In this document: in pieces, positions 25,950 to 35,720 of the stretch | Layout: every line of letters begins with the position of its first letter | How positions within the stretch are numbered: the first letter of the stretch is position 1 | Assembly (NCBI GenBank): GCA_035400585.1 | Contig: DAOMZR010000001.1 | Span: 127,347-191,346, forward strand | Source: a bacterium | Lineage (GTDB): Bacteria; Patescibacteriota; Patescibacteriia; Patescibacteriales; UBA12465 | Direction of reading: 5' to 3' | Length of the DNA stretch: 64,000 nucleotides | Made by a program: the position numbers and the translations under genes | The notes under the pieces: generated by a model | Told to the model about the DNA's origin: nothing | Database searches by the model: none | The model's input: the letters and a program-made list of their open reading frames with translations, nothing else

Positions 25950-26074
25950 GTTAAACTGTAGACAGTAAGCTTTTTGCTTTTTATAGTAAATTTAAGACTT
26001 ACCGAGGTTTTGAGACTAATATTTTTATATTTGTCCGAAATACACGATTCTGCGGTTTAAAACGCAGTTTTTTT
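25950..26074 (+). promoter_or_regulatory. rplJ leader with a terminator-like attenuator hairpin (possible L10 autoregulatory leader)
   Basis: A leader of about 160 nt. Hairpin ctgcg-gtttaaaa-cgcag (26050-26067) is followed by T7, 34 nt before the rplJ ATG. Family assignment could not be verified. Confidence 0.45.
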
Positions 26075-26108
26075 ATTTATAGTTACTATTAATAATTAAT
26101 ATAATAAT

Positions 26109-26636
26109 ATGCCAAAAAACAAGGAGCAAAAAAGAGACATTTTGGTTGACTTAAAAGATAAAATAAGTCGATCAAAATCTATTGTTTTTACAACTTTTGA
26201 TGCTTTAGGTGTAAAAGATAATGAAGAGCTAAGAAAAAGCTTAAAAAAGGAAAATGGAGAATATTATGTTTCCAAAAAGACTTTAATGAGCATTGCTTTC
26301 TGGGATAGTAGTTTTTCCGGATTGGATATTAAAGGCTTACCTGGAAAGGTGGCAGCTATTTTTGCCTACGAAGATGAAGTTTCTCCAGCTAAAGTTGTTT
26401 TTAATTTTAAGAAAAATAAAGAAGGTAAACTTTCTTTTGTTGGTGGTATTTTGGATGGAAAATTTATCGGAGCCCAAGAAGTTGAAAGTTTGGCTCAATT
26501 ACCAAGCAAGCAAGAATTATATGCTAAAGTTGTTGGTTCATTGAACGCTCCAGTTTCTGGGTTCGTTAATGTTTTAGCTGGCAATATTAGAGGCTTGGTA
26601 AATGTTTTAAAAGCTATTAGTGAAAAAAATAATTAA
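26109..26636 (+). CDS. rplJ: ribosomal protein L10
   Basis: L10 pattern (KEQKRDILVDLKDKISRSKSIVFTTF...), located upstream of rplL. Confidence 0.9.
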   Translation: MPKNKEQKRDILVDLKDKISRSKSIVFTTFDALGVKDNEELRKSLKKENGEYYVSKKTLMSIAFWDSSFSGLDIKGLPGKVAAIFAYEDEVSPAKVVFNFKKNKEGKLSFVGGILDGKFIGAQEVESLAQLPSKQELYAKVVGSLNAPVSGFVNVLAGNIRGLVNVLKAISEKNN

Positions 26637-26707
26637 TAATTAATAAATATAAATTAAAATTTAGAAATTTTATTTTATCAATCTAATTTTTCTAAATTAA
26701 CAAAATT

Positions 26708-27109
26708 ATGTCAGAAGAAAAAAAGGTAGTTGAAGTTCCTGCTAAATTCCAATCATTGGTTAGCGAAATCGAAAAGATGAGTGTTTTGGACTTAGCTGAA
26801 CTTGTAAAAATTTTAGAAGAAAAATTTGGTGTTTCAGCTGCTGCTCCAGCAATGATGATTGGTGCTGCACCAGCTGCTGCTGCCGCTGCTGAGGAGAAAT
26901 CAAGCTTTGATGTTGAATTAACTGATGGTGGTGCTAACAAAATTGCTGTTATTAAAGTTGTTCGTGAAGTTACAGAAATGGGATTAAAAGAAGCTAAAGA
27001 TTTAGTTGATGGTGCTCCAAAAATGGTTAAAGAAGGTCTTAAAAAAGAAGATGCTGAAGCATTGAAAAAGAAATTAGAAGAGGCTGGAGCAAAAGTTACT
27101 TTAAAGTAA
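26708..27109 (+). CDS. rplL: ribosomal protein L7/L12
   Basis: Ala-rich hinge and C-terminal domain [28 protein letters not shown]. Confidence 0.95.
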   Translation: MSEEKKVVEVPAKFQSLVSEIEKMSVLDLAELVKILEEKFGVSAAAPAMMIGAAPAAAAAAEEKSSFDVELTDGGANKIAVIKVVREVTEMGLKEAKDLVDGAPKMVKEGLKKEDAEALKKKLEEAGAKVTLK

Positions 27110-27116
27110 TTATAAT

Positions 27117-27147
27117 AAAAAAAAGAGGGCATAAGCCCTCTTTTTTT
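27117..27147. terminator. bidirectional intrinsic terminator
   Basis: agagggc ataa gccctct flanked by A8 and T7, between convergent genes. Confidence 0.8.
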
Positions 27148-27162
27148 ATTTGTCCAAACATT

Positions 27163-29247
27163 TTAAATATCTAAATTAATCTTATAGATTGTGGTTCCAT
27201 TTAAAATATAGACAATACCATCTTCGACAGCAAAATCTTTTATATTATCAAAGACGGGGGAATAATATTGTTTTACAAAAGAGCCGTTGTTTCTGTCGAA
27301 TATTATCACTCGTTTTTCCGATGTTTCTGAAATATAAATATATTTTTTATCCAATCTGATTGTTTTAGGACTGTCTATTTTTGGATCTATTTCTTTTGTT
27401 TCGAATTGTTCTTTGTTACCACTGAGATATCTGTTTATTTTACCACTTTTTTCTAATAAGTATATATTATAATCAATTTCAATGGAAACTGGGTTTTCAG
27501 GGGTGATGTCTTTTATCCAGGCAGTTGGAGATTTATATTCTCCGCCTTCTAGATTGTAGCGAAATATTTGTTTTTTTTCTGTGTCTAGTAAATAAACTCG
27601 ATTATTATAAAAACCAAATGAAGATAAATTAGAGAAATTTTCGGTATTTATCTTGGTATATGTTATTTTTTTATTTTTATCAACTCTTATAAATTGTTTG
27701 TTATTTACAAAAATAGCATCTCCGTTTGAATCTCGATTTGAAAGTATTTTTTCCGATTTTAGTAATTCTGATTCCGCTAGAACTGAACTCAATCCATCAT
27801 CTTGATTAATTGTGTATATTTTGCCATTTTGAGCATCACTTACATAAATATTTTTTCCAGAAATAGACAAAGAATAAGGCACTGCTTGATTGTTTAAAAC
27901 TGACAAATTAGCTAATTCGACTGGATTATCTATTCTATTCATTTTTCTAATTTGGTCAAGATATGTCTGTAGTTTTTGTTCTATTTCCGGTAAATTGGTA
28001 ACTTTTTCTCTTTCCTTATCGCTTAATCCAGAAATTTCATCTCTTAAGGAATTTATGGCCTCTAGAGCTTGATCTTCGTTGTATAATAAAAATGATTCTA
28101 TTTGTTTTTGTTTTTGATTTAAAGATTCTTCGATATTACTTATATTTTCCTGTTGCTCTACTTTTTTTTCTTTATTGTTTTTTAAATATATATTAACTGC
28201 CAAAAAAACAATCAAAATGGCTATAAGAGGTATGAAAATTTTTCTTTTTTTCTTTTCGCCAGCATCCTTCTTTGTTTCAAGTTGTATTGCTAGCTGGGGT
28301 TCTTTTTTGTTCTTATTATTGATTTGGTTGTTTTTTATTTTTAAATAAATTTTTGCTGGGATAGCAAAGATATTTATTTTTGATAGCATTCTTTTGATTG
28401 ACGTACCGACTCTTTTTTTATCAATACTACCAGTGTTGTTTAAAAGTTTTTCCGTTTGACTTTCTGATTGGTATAAATGATTATTTTCTGGTCTAAAATC
28501 TTTTTTTGTTTCTAATATGCAATTATTTTTCATTTTTTCTTCCAATAAACAATTTTTGATTATTAATCCGGAAAAATTAGAATAAGTATTTATTTTAGCT
28601 AAACTATTTTTTATTTGTTCTTTGGCCCCTTCTAAATTTAATTTGTCCATTATTTCAATGAATTCTTTGTTTAAAAGATATTCTGAAAGGGAGGGGTTGC
28701 TTATTATTATATACGAATTATTTGGAATATCACCACTAATAATTGAGGAAAATATCTTATTTTCTTGATCATTATTTTCAATATCATCTTCTGGGTTAAT
28801 ATCACTTATTTCGTAGCTTTCTTTTATTTTTCTAATTAGGAATGATTTGTTTTTTCCTCGATTGGACAAATAGATTTCTCCCTCATATATTAAGCCAGCC
28901 GTAACATTTAAATCTCTAAAATCGATATTTATTTTTTCTCTATCAATATGCTCCAATAGGGTTTTACTGGTTTTAACCAGGGCTGCTTCAAAAAAAGATT
29001 CTATTTTTAAACTGGTTAGCTGTTCACTTAAAATCATTCTATCGTTTTGATAGTAGGCGTTGTTTAAAGAATCTATTATTGTTTTTGCTATAGTGTTTGA
29101 ATGTCCACTTGGTTTGTTTATTTCCACTAAAACAAAAAGATGACCAAACTTTAACCTTCCGTCACAATGGTTTTCTATTTTTTGGGCTTGTACTAAACTT
29201 TTGTCTGGGTTGTTGTTAATATTTATACTAGATATCTTGATAAACAT
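27163..29247 (-). CDS. hypothetical single-pass membrane protein: N-terminal cytoplasmic domain, one TM, a coiled coil, and a C-terminal beta-propeller-like region
   Basis: 694-aa ORF with TM helix IFIPLIAILIVFLAVNIYL. A repetitive Y/N/I-rich C-terminal half suggests beta repeats. No catalytic motif recognised. Confidence 0.6.
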   Translation of the reverse strand: MFIKISSININNNPDKSLVQAQKIENHCDGRLKFGHLFVLVEINKPSGHSNTIAKTIIDSLNNAYYQNDRMILSEQLTSLKIESFFEAALVKTSKTLLEHIDREKINIDFRDLNVTAGLIYEGEIYLSNRGKNKSFLIRKIKESYEISDINPEDDIENNDQENKIFSSIISGDIPNNSYIIISNPSLSEYLLNKEFIEIMDKLNLEGAKEQIKNSLAKINTYSNFSGLIIKNCLLEEKMKNNCILETKKDFRPENNHLYQSESQTEKLLNNTGSIDKKRVGTSIKRMLSKINIFAIPAKIYLKIKNNQINNKNKKEPQLAIQLETKKDAGEKKKRKIFIPLIAILIVFLAVNIYLKNNKEKKVEQQENISNIEESLNQKQKQIESFLLYNEDQALEAINSLRDEISGLSDKEREKVTNLPEIEQKLQTYLDQIRKMNRIDNPVELANLSVLNNQAVPYSLSISGKNIYVSDAQNGKIYTINQDDGLSSVLAESELLKSEKILSNRDSNGDAIFVNNKQFIRVDKNKKITYTKINTENFSNLSSFGFYNNRVYLLDTEKKQIFRYNLEGGEYKSPTAWIKDITPENPVSIEIDYNIYLLEKSGKINRYLSGNKEQFETKEIDPKIDSPKTIRLDKKYIYISETSEKRVIIFDRNNGSFVKQYYSPVFDNIKDFAVEDGIVYILNGTTIYKINLDI

Positions 29248-29326
29248 ATGCTATTGACAAAATTTTGTAATTATTATATTATTTTATTAGATATTTATAA
29301 AATCTCTTAAAAATTAATAGTTTTAT

Positions 29327-30016
29327 ATGTTAGAAAAAATATTTGGCTCAAAGGCTAGGGTTAAAATTCTTAAGGCCTTTTTAATGAAGCCTGACGAAAA
29401 ATTTTATATTAGGCAATTAGCCAGAGATCTTAAGCTTCAAGTAAACTCAGTTCGGAGAGAATTGACTAATTTGGAGGATTTTGGCCTTTTATATTATGAT
29501 GGTAACATAAAAAATACTGGTTTGTCTAGTGTTTTTGATAAAGACGAGAAAAAAACACTTTCCTTGGATGACGTCAAAAAAGAGGATAATCAGCCGGAAA
29601 AAGAAGATAAAAAAGCAGTCCAAAGCATAAGAGAAAAAAAGTATTATCAAGTAAACAAAAATTTTATTTTATTTTCAGAAATAAAGTCTTTAATAGTTAA
29701 ATCTCAAATTTTATCAGGTGAAAGTTTCATTAAAAAATTGAAAATGATTTGTGATCCTAAATTTATACTTTTAGGAGGTATGTTTCTAAATAATGATGGA
29801 GCTCCGACCGATGTTTTGATAGTGGCTGACGTTGAGAAGGAAAAGTTGGTAAAAATAATACAAGATTTAGAATTTGAATTAAATAGAGAGGTTAATTTTA
29901 CTGCTATGGATGAAAAAGAATTTAAATATAGACAAGAAGTAGCTGATGTTTTCTTGCACAGCGTTTTAAATTCTAAAAAAATAATTTTATTAGATAAAAT
30001 TCTTAATAGTAATTAA
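29327..30016 (+). CDS. winged-helix (ArsR-like) DNA-binding protein with a C-terminal nucleotidyltransferase-like fold
   Basis: The N-terminus SKARVKILKAFLMKPDEKFYIRQLARDLKLQVNSVRRELTNLEDFGLL is wHTH-like. The C-terminal PTDVLIVAD pattern is weak evidence. Confidence 0.6.
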   Translation: MLEKIFGSKARVKILKAFLMKPDEKFYIRQLARDLKLQVNSVRRELTNLEDFGLLYYDGNIKNTGLSSVFDKDEKKTLSLDDVKKEDNQPEKEDKKAVQSIREKKYYQVNKNFILFSEIKSLIVKSQILSGESFIKKLKMICDPKFILLGGMFLNNDGAPTDVLIVADVEKEKLVKIIQDLEFELNREVNFTAMDEKEFKYRQEVADVFLHSVLNSKKIILLDKILNSN

Positions 30017-30045
30017 TATTTTTTAATTTTTTGATTATAAATAAA

Positions 30046-32019
30046 ATGAATAATTTTAATAAAATAGATGACAATCATGATCAAGATAAAAAAATTAATT
30101 ATTTTAGGGGAATAATTAATGTTTTTTTGTTTGTATTAATTGTTTTTGCGATTTTTTTATTGTCTTATTTTTTATTTTTTACTTTTAAAGCCAAACGAGT
30201 ATATTCCAGTGCCAATTTGGGACAGGAAAAAATTAACAAATCTTTAGAGGCCTTTAGAGAGGGTAATTTTTCTAATGCTACTTTATTGGCCAGAGAAGCT
30301 AATGATAATTTCTCCAAGGCATCAATTGAATTAAATCGTCTTTCTAATTTTTTATTGGTTAATAAAATTTCTTTTCTCCGAGAAAATTTAGAAGATTTTA
30401 AGTATTTAGCCAAAACAGCCGAAATACTAAGTGATTCTGCTGAAAAATCTTTTTTTATAGCTCAGGAAATTGAAGACATTGTTGCTGGTAAAAAATTTGA
30501 TAATTTTTTAGAGTTCAATGAACAGGAAAAAACTAGACTTCTCAAACTTCTTTACGAAAATTCACCAGAATTAAATGGTATTAAGGCCAACATTGATTTG
30601 TCTTTGCTTTATTTAGAAAAAGCCGAAAATAACAAATTTTTAGCTAGATATGATTCTAGGGTTGGTGAATTAAAAAAATATTTAGATTTTTCTTCTAAAT
30701 TTTTATCAAATATAATTTCTTTTTCAGCGGTTATTCCTAGTCTAACTGGTTATCCGGATTCAGCTTATTATTTAATTTTATTACAAAACAATAACGAACT
30801 AAGACCAACCGGTGGTTTTATTGGCAGTTATGGAATAATGGAAATAAAGTTAGGAGATATAGTTAGACTGGAAACAAACGACATCTATCATTTAGACATG
30901 CCGGCTAGTTTAAATAATGATTTTAACGTTTCTCCACCAGAGCCAATAAAAAAATACTTAGGCGTTAATCGCTGGTTTATGCGCGATTCAAATTGGTCGC
31001 CGGATTTTCCAACTAGTGCCAAAAATATTAAATGGTTTTTTGAACAAGAAATGATTGCCTCTGGTCGTAAGTCAGAATTAGTAAACCTTTCTGGTGTTAT
31101 CGCTATTACTCCTAGACTGATAACTGATCTTCTTTATATTACTGGCCCGATAGAGGTTAATGGCAATATTTATAATAAAGATAATTTTACCGATGTTTTG
31201 CAACATGAAGTCGAAATGGCTTTCAGGGAAGATAATATTTCCGAGTGGGACAGAAAGAATGTAATTGGTGATATAGTTAAAGAAATAAAAATAAAACTTT
31301 TTGATTTACCGTCAGACAGGTGGCAAGAGTTGTTAGATTTATTTAATCAAAATATTAACCGTAAAAATTTTTTGGTTTATTTGTTTGATGATTACAAAAG
31401 AGAAATTTCTAAGTCTTTTTCTTGGGATGGTGAAATAAGTCAAACCGATGTTGATTTTTTAATGGTAGTCGATACCAATTTAGCGGCCTTCAAAACTGAC
31501 AGAGTTATGGACAAAAGAATTGTTTATAGTTTAAATGAATCTGAAAAAGAAATTATTTCCGAAGTTAATGTTTATTATAAAAATAATGGTTGGTTTGATT
31601 GGCAAACAACTAGATATCGAACTTATACTAGGGTCTATGTTCCGACCGGTGGTCAGTTGATTGAAGCTAGTGGAATAAGTTCCGGAGAGGCTTATTCTTC
31701 TATTGATCAAGAAATAAAAAACCCAAAAAGTTTTTTTGGTGGTTTTATTTCTATTGAGCCGGGAAAAGATGGGGTTTTATCTTTTAAATATAAATTACCG
31801 ACAGACATAAAAGAAATAATAAATCAAAAAGGTTATTATTCTCTTAAAGTTCAAAAACAACCAGGAAACGAAATTAAAGAATTTAAGGCCAGCTTGAGGT
31901 TTGAAAAGGATGTAGCTGGTTTTGAGGGGGAGGGGAATATAGAGCTAAAAGGTCAGAGAGAGATTGTTTGGACGACTCAACTCGACCAAGATTATGAACT
32001 TAAAGTTTATTTTAAATAA
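30046..32019 (+). CDS. DUF4012 domain membrane-anchored protein
   Basis: N-terminal TM and the signature LLQNNNELRPTGGFIGSYG. Start moved to the ATG at 30046. Confidence 0.8.
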   Translation: MNNFNKIDDNHDQDKKINYFRGIINVFLFVLIVFAIFLLSYFLFFTFKAKRVYSSANLGQEKINKSLEAFREGNFSNATLLAREANDNFSKASIELNRLSNFLLVNKISFLRENLEDFKYLAKTAEILSDSAEKSFFIAQEIEDIVAGKKFDNFLEFNEQEKTRLLKLLYENSPELNGIKANIDLSLLYLEKAENNKFLARYDSRVGELKKYLDFSSKFLSNIISFSAVIPSLTGYPDSAYYLILLQNNNELRPTGGFIGSYGIMEIKLGDIVRLETNDIYHLDMPASLNNDFNVSPPEPIKKYLGVNRWFMRDSNWSPDFPTSAKNIKWFFEQEMIASGRKSELVNLSGVIAITPRLITDLLYITGPIEVNGNIYNKDNFTDVLQHEVEMAFREDNISEWDRKNVIGDIVKEIKIKLFDLPSDRWQELLDLFNQNINRKNFLVYLFDDYKREISKSFSWDGEISQTDVDFLMVVDTNLAAFKTDRVMDKRIVYSLNESEKEIISEVNVYYKNNGWFDWQTTRYRTYTRVYVPTGGQLIEASGISSGEAYSSIDQEIKNPKSFFGGFISIEPGKDGVLSFKYKLPTDIKEIINQKGYYSLKVQKQPGNEIKEFKASLRFEKDVAGFEGEGNIELKGQREIVWTTQLDQDYELKVYFK

Positions 32020-32023
32020 AAAA

Positions 32024-33409
32024 ATGTCTAGACTATCTAATCAAAAATATTATTGGCTTCTTATCTTTGTTCCAATTTTTCTTTTTTTGGTGTATTTGGC
32101 TGAATTTAATTATTTAATCTCGGTTCTCGTTCTTTCTTCTTTGGTTTTTTTGTTTATTTTGTTTTTAAAGATTGAGATTGGTCTTTATTTAATAGCTATT
32201 TCCTTGCCATTGATTGGCATAGCTTTTAAAATTAGTTTTTTAGAGTTACCATTAGTTGATTTATTGGGTTTATTTGCTTTATTATCTTTTATTCTTCGTG
32301 AAGTGTATTTATATTTTTATGATAAATCAAAAAGCAAACTAATTTATCCTTTTTTTTCTTATTTTTTGTTATTTTTTTCCGTTTGTCTGCTATCGTCGGT
32401 GCTAAGTGAAAATATTATTAGTTCTTTATGGTATTCTTTCCGTTGGATTTTGTTTTTCTATTTAGCTTTTATTTTAATGCCTATTAATGTCATTAAAAAT
32501 GAGAAAATTTTAAAAAACATTTTGATATTAATTTCAATCTCCTCGTTGTTAATGTCCTTTTCTGGTTTATATTCTCTTTATTTACAAGATTGGTATGATT
32601 CTTTTTTTAGGGTACAACCAATAGCAATTTTTAATTATTGGATTTTCGGAACTAACTACAATCTGTTGTCAGAAATATTATTATGTTCTGGTTTTCTGAT
32701 TTTATCATTGAAATATTGGTTTAAATCCGAAAGGACATCTAAATTAATAAATATTCTTTCAATTGTTTTGCTTTTAACGGCTTGGTTAACTTTTGGCAGG
32801 ACAGCTTGGATTACTATTGTTTTGCAAACAATTATTTATTTTTCAATTTATTTTTTGATTATTAAAAGAAAAAAAATAGACCCAAAGTCAATAGCTTTAC
32901 TTTTGGCTGTTTTTCTAGTTATAGCCTCTCCTTTTATTTTTAAAATGTTTTCCTTGCAGGAAGCCAACATTAGCTCGACTCAAAATAGATTGTTGTTGAG
33001 CGAAATTTCTGTTGATGCTTTTAAAAACAAACCCTTGTTTGGTTATGGAAGCGGTAATTTTGTTAATTTGGTGGCTGATAATATTAGATTTGTGGCTAAG
33101 TACGGAGATCCACTTGACTCTCATGGAGTTTGGCAAAAAATTTTGGCTGAAAATGGTGTTTTGGGTGTAATTACTTTTGTTCTTTTTTCTTTTTTTATAT
33201 TCAAAAAACTTTATTTTGGTATTTTAAATAATAAAAAAGATTTTGAACTTCTTTTACCTCTTTTTGTGGCTTCTTTTGGAGTTTACTTTTATCAATTTTT
33301 TAATACATCCTATTATAAAGGCAGGGTTTGGTTGCCGATATCATTGGCTTTGGTGGCTTTAATTTTAGTAGAGAGAAAAAAAATAAATATTAACAAAGAA
33401 AATGTTTAA
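32024..33409 (+). CDS. O-antigen ligase/polymerase-like (Wzy_C-type) polytopic membrane protein
   Basis: More than 10 hydrophobic helices. FGRTAWITIVLQ, and a loop with GYGSGNF...DSHGVWQKILAENG. Start moved to the ATG at 32024, 4 nt after the upstream stop. Confidence 0.6.
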   Translation: MSRLSNQKYYWLLIFVPIFLFLVYLAEFNYLISVLVLSSLVFLFILFLKIEIGLYLIAISLPLIGIAFKISFLELPLVDLLGLFALLSFILREVYLYFYDKSKSKLIYPFFSYFLLFFSVCLLSSVLSENIISSLWYSFRWILFFYLAFILMPINVIKNEKILKNILILISISSLLMSFSGLYSLYLQDWYDSFFRVQPIAIFNYWIFGTNYNLLSEILLCSGFLILSLKYWFKSERTSKLINILSIVLLLTAWLTFGRTAWITIVLQTIIYFSIYFLIIKRKKIDPKSIALLLAVFLVIASPFIFKMFSLQEANISSTQNRLLLSEISVDAFKNKPLFGYGSGNFVNLVADNIRFVAKYGDPLDSHGVWQKILAENGVLGVITFVLFSFFIFKKLYFGILNNKKDFELLLPLFVASFGVYFYQFFNTSYYKGRVWLPISLALVALILVERKKININKENV

Positions 33410-34493
33410 GACAAAAATAAAAATTTTATATATAATTCCATCTTTTGCCTCTGGTGGAGCTGAAAAATTTCTTTTAGATTTGATTACTAATTTGAATCAA
33501 GAGATTTTTGAAATTAAAGTTTTAACTTTTAATGGTGGTGGTTTTTTTGAAAAAGAATTTTTAAAAAGAAAAATTAATTTTGTTGTTTTAAATAAAAAGC
33601 TAAAAATTGACCCATTTAATTTTTATTTAATTTATAAAAACATTAGAAAATTTTCTCCTGATATAGTTCACACTCAACTAGGTGGTGATATTTATGGTAA
33701 ATTAGCCGCTAAGTTGGCTGGAGTTAAAAAAATAGTATCAACCGAACAAAATGTTTTAAATAATGATGCTATATTTGTTAGCTTTTTAAAAAAAATGACA
33801 GCTAGTTTTTCTGATAAAATAATAGCCATCTCTACTTCGGTAAAAGAAGATATTGTAAATAGATATAAAATTTCTGAAGATAAGGCAATTTTAATCCCTA
33901 ATGGAGTTAATCTGTCTAGCTTTGGCAGCCAAAACAAAAAAGAAGATCAAGGAGAAAAAGTTTTTGGTTCTATTGGAAGATTGGATGAGCAAAAAAATTT
34001 TTCTTTATTAATTGAAGCTTTGGCTAATTTTAAAGATAAAAATTTTTCTTGTTTGATTGCTGGAGAAGGAAAACTGAGAAATGAATTACAGCAAAAAATT
34101 AATGATTTAAATTTGGGTCAAAAAATAAAATTAATAGGTAACATTGAAGATGTTTCTGGTTTTTTAAATTCTTTAGATTTTTTTGTTTTACCTTCAAAAT
34201 GGGAAGGTTTAGGAATTGTTTTGCTTGAAGCCGGTTCAAGTAATTTACCGGTGTTGGCTTCGGCAACCGGGGGAATATTAGATATTATTAAAGACAAACA
34301 AACTGGTATTTTGTTTAAAAACAACGATCTAAATGATTTAATTTTGAAATTAGATTATTTTTTGGACGAAAAAAATAAAGAAAATTTAGCTATTATAGCT
34401 AAAAATTTAAATGAATTTGTTAAAAAAGAATTTGATATTAAAGTTGTGTCATTAAAATATCAGGATGTCTATTTAGGTTTATTAAAAGAATAA
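33402..34493 (+). CDS. glycosyltransferase family 4 (GT-B)
   Basis: PSFASGGAEKF at the N-terminus and the E-x7-E region PSKWEGLGIVLLEAGS. Overlaps the upstream gene by 8 nt. Confidence 0.85.
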   Translation: MFKTKIKILYIIPSFASGGAEKFLLDLITNLNQEIFEIKVLTFNGGGFFEKEFLKRKINFVVLNKKLKIDPFNFYLIYKNIRKFSPDIVHTQLGGDIYGKLAAKLAGVKKIVSTEQNVLNNDAIFVSFLKKMTASFSDKIIAISTSVKEDIVNRYKISEDKAILIPNGVNLSSFGSQNKKEDQGEKVFGSIGRLDEQKNFSLLIEALANFKDKNFSCLIAGEGKLRNELQQKINDLNLGQKIKLIGNIEDVSGFLNSLDFFVLPSKWEGLGIVLLEAGSSNLPVLASATGGILDIIKDKQTGILFKNNDLNDLILKLDYFLDEKNKENLAIIAKNLNEFVKKEFDIKVVSLKYQDVYLGLLKE

Positions 34494-34499
34494 TAATTT

Positions 34500-35720
34500 A
34501 TGCGTATTTTACAGGTCAATAAATTTAATTATGTTAGAGGTGGTGCTGAAAAATATTTTATTGAAATTTCCCACAAGTTAAAAGAGGCTGGTCATGAAGT
34601 AGCTATTTTTTCTATGCATCATCCCAAAAATTTGCCGTCAAGTTGGGATAAATATTTTGTATCCAGAATAAGTTTTGAAAAAACAACTTTTAGAAATATT
34701 TTTTTAGCACCATTTAGGATTTTGTATAGCTTTGAGGCTAGAAGAAAATTTAAAAAAATAGTTAAAGATTTTAAACCAGACATTATTCATGTTCACAATA
34801 TTTATCATCAAATATCACCGTCTATTTTGCCTGTTGCTAAAAAATTTAAAATTCCTGTAATTATGCATCTCCATGATTATAAATTAATTTGCCCTAATTA
34901 TCAGTTATTTGTTGATGGAAAGATATGCACTAGATGTAAGGGGCAAAAATATTATAATTGTTTAAAGCATAAATGTTTTAAAAAATCTTTTTGGCAAAGT
35001 TTTTTAGCGACAATTGAGATGTATTTTCATCATAAAATATTAAACATTTATTTAAATAACATTAATTATTTTATTGCTCCTAGCAATTTTATGAAAAAAA
35101 CCGTTATTGATTTTGGTGTTTCAGAAAATAAGGTGGGGGTTGTTTATAATTTTATTGATGATATTAAAAAAAATGATGATATAAATACGACTGAAGATGA
35201 TTACGTGCTTTATTTTGGTCGTTTATCAATGGAAAAGGGAATTGATGTTTTACTTAGAGCTTTAAGCATCACTGACAAAAAAATAAAAGCAAAAATTGTT
35301 GGTTCTGGTCCGGAGGAGTTAAAATTAAAAAATATAAGCCAAGAGCTTTCTCTGAATGGTAGGGTTGAGTTTTTGGGTTATAAATCTGGTATTGAATTAA
35401 ATCAAATTGTAAATAAGGCCAAGGCAATAATTATTCCTTCTATTTGGGCAGAAAATATGCCATTTTCTTTACTAGAATCCTTGTCGGTTGGTAAAATTGT
35501 TATCGCTTCTAGAGTCGGGGGAATGGTTGAGTTGATAGAAGATGGAAAAAGTGGTTTTTTGTTTGAAAATGGAAACTATCATCAGTTGGCAGAAAAAATT
35601 GATAATTTAAATAAGTATGATTTATTGTCTATAAAAAAAATGGCTCAAAAAAGCGTTTTTGATTTGAATGTTGATAATCATTTAAAGAATATTTTAGATA
35701 TTTATAAAAAATATGTTTAA
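34500..35720 (+). CDS. glycosyltransferase family 4 (GT-B)
   Basis: RGGAEKYF at the N-terminus, YFGRLSMEKG, and PSIWAENMPFSLLESLS. Confidence 0.85.
   Translation: MRILQVNKFNYVRGGAEKYFIEISHKLKEAGHEVAIFSMHHPKNLPSSWDKYFVSRISFEKTTFRNIFLAPFRILYSFEARRKFKKIVKDFKPDIIHVHNIYHQISPSILPVAKKFKIPVIMHLHDYKLICPNYQLFVDGKICTRCKGQKYYNCLKHKCFKKSFWQSFLATIEMYFHHKILNIYLNNINYFIAPSNFMKKTVIDFGVSENKVGVVYNFIDDIKKNDDINTTEDDYVLYFGRLSMEKGIDVLLRALSITDKKIKAKIVGSGPEELKLKNISQELSLNGRVEFLGYKSGIELNQIVNKAKAIIIPSIWAENMPFSLLESLSVGKIVIASRVGGMVELIEDGKSGFLFENGNYHQLAEKIDNLNKYDLLSIKKMAQKSVFDLNVDNHLKNILDIYKKYV

Noticed and set aside
26692-27132. 146-aa minus-strand ORF with an Ala-rich core
   Set aside because: It lies antisense to rplL, whose identity is unambiguous. 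Its Ala run merely mirrors the GCT/GCA-rich L7/L12 hinge.
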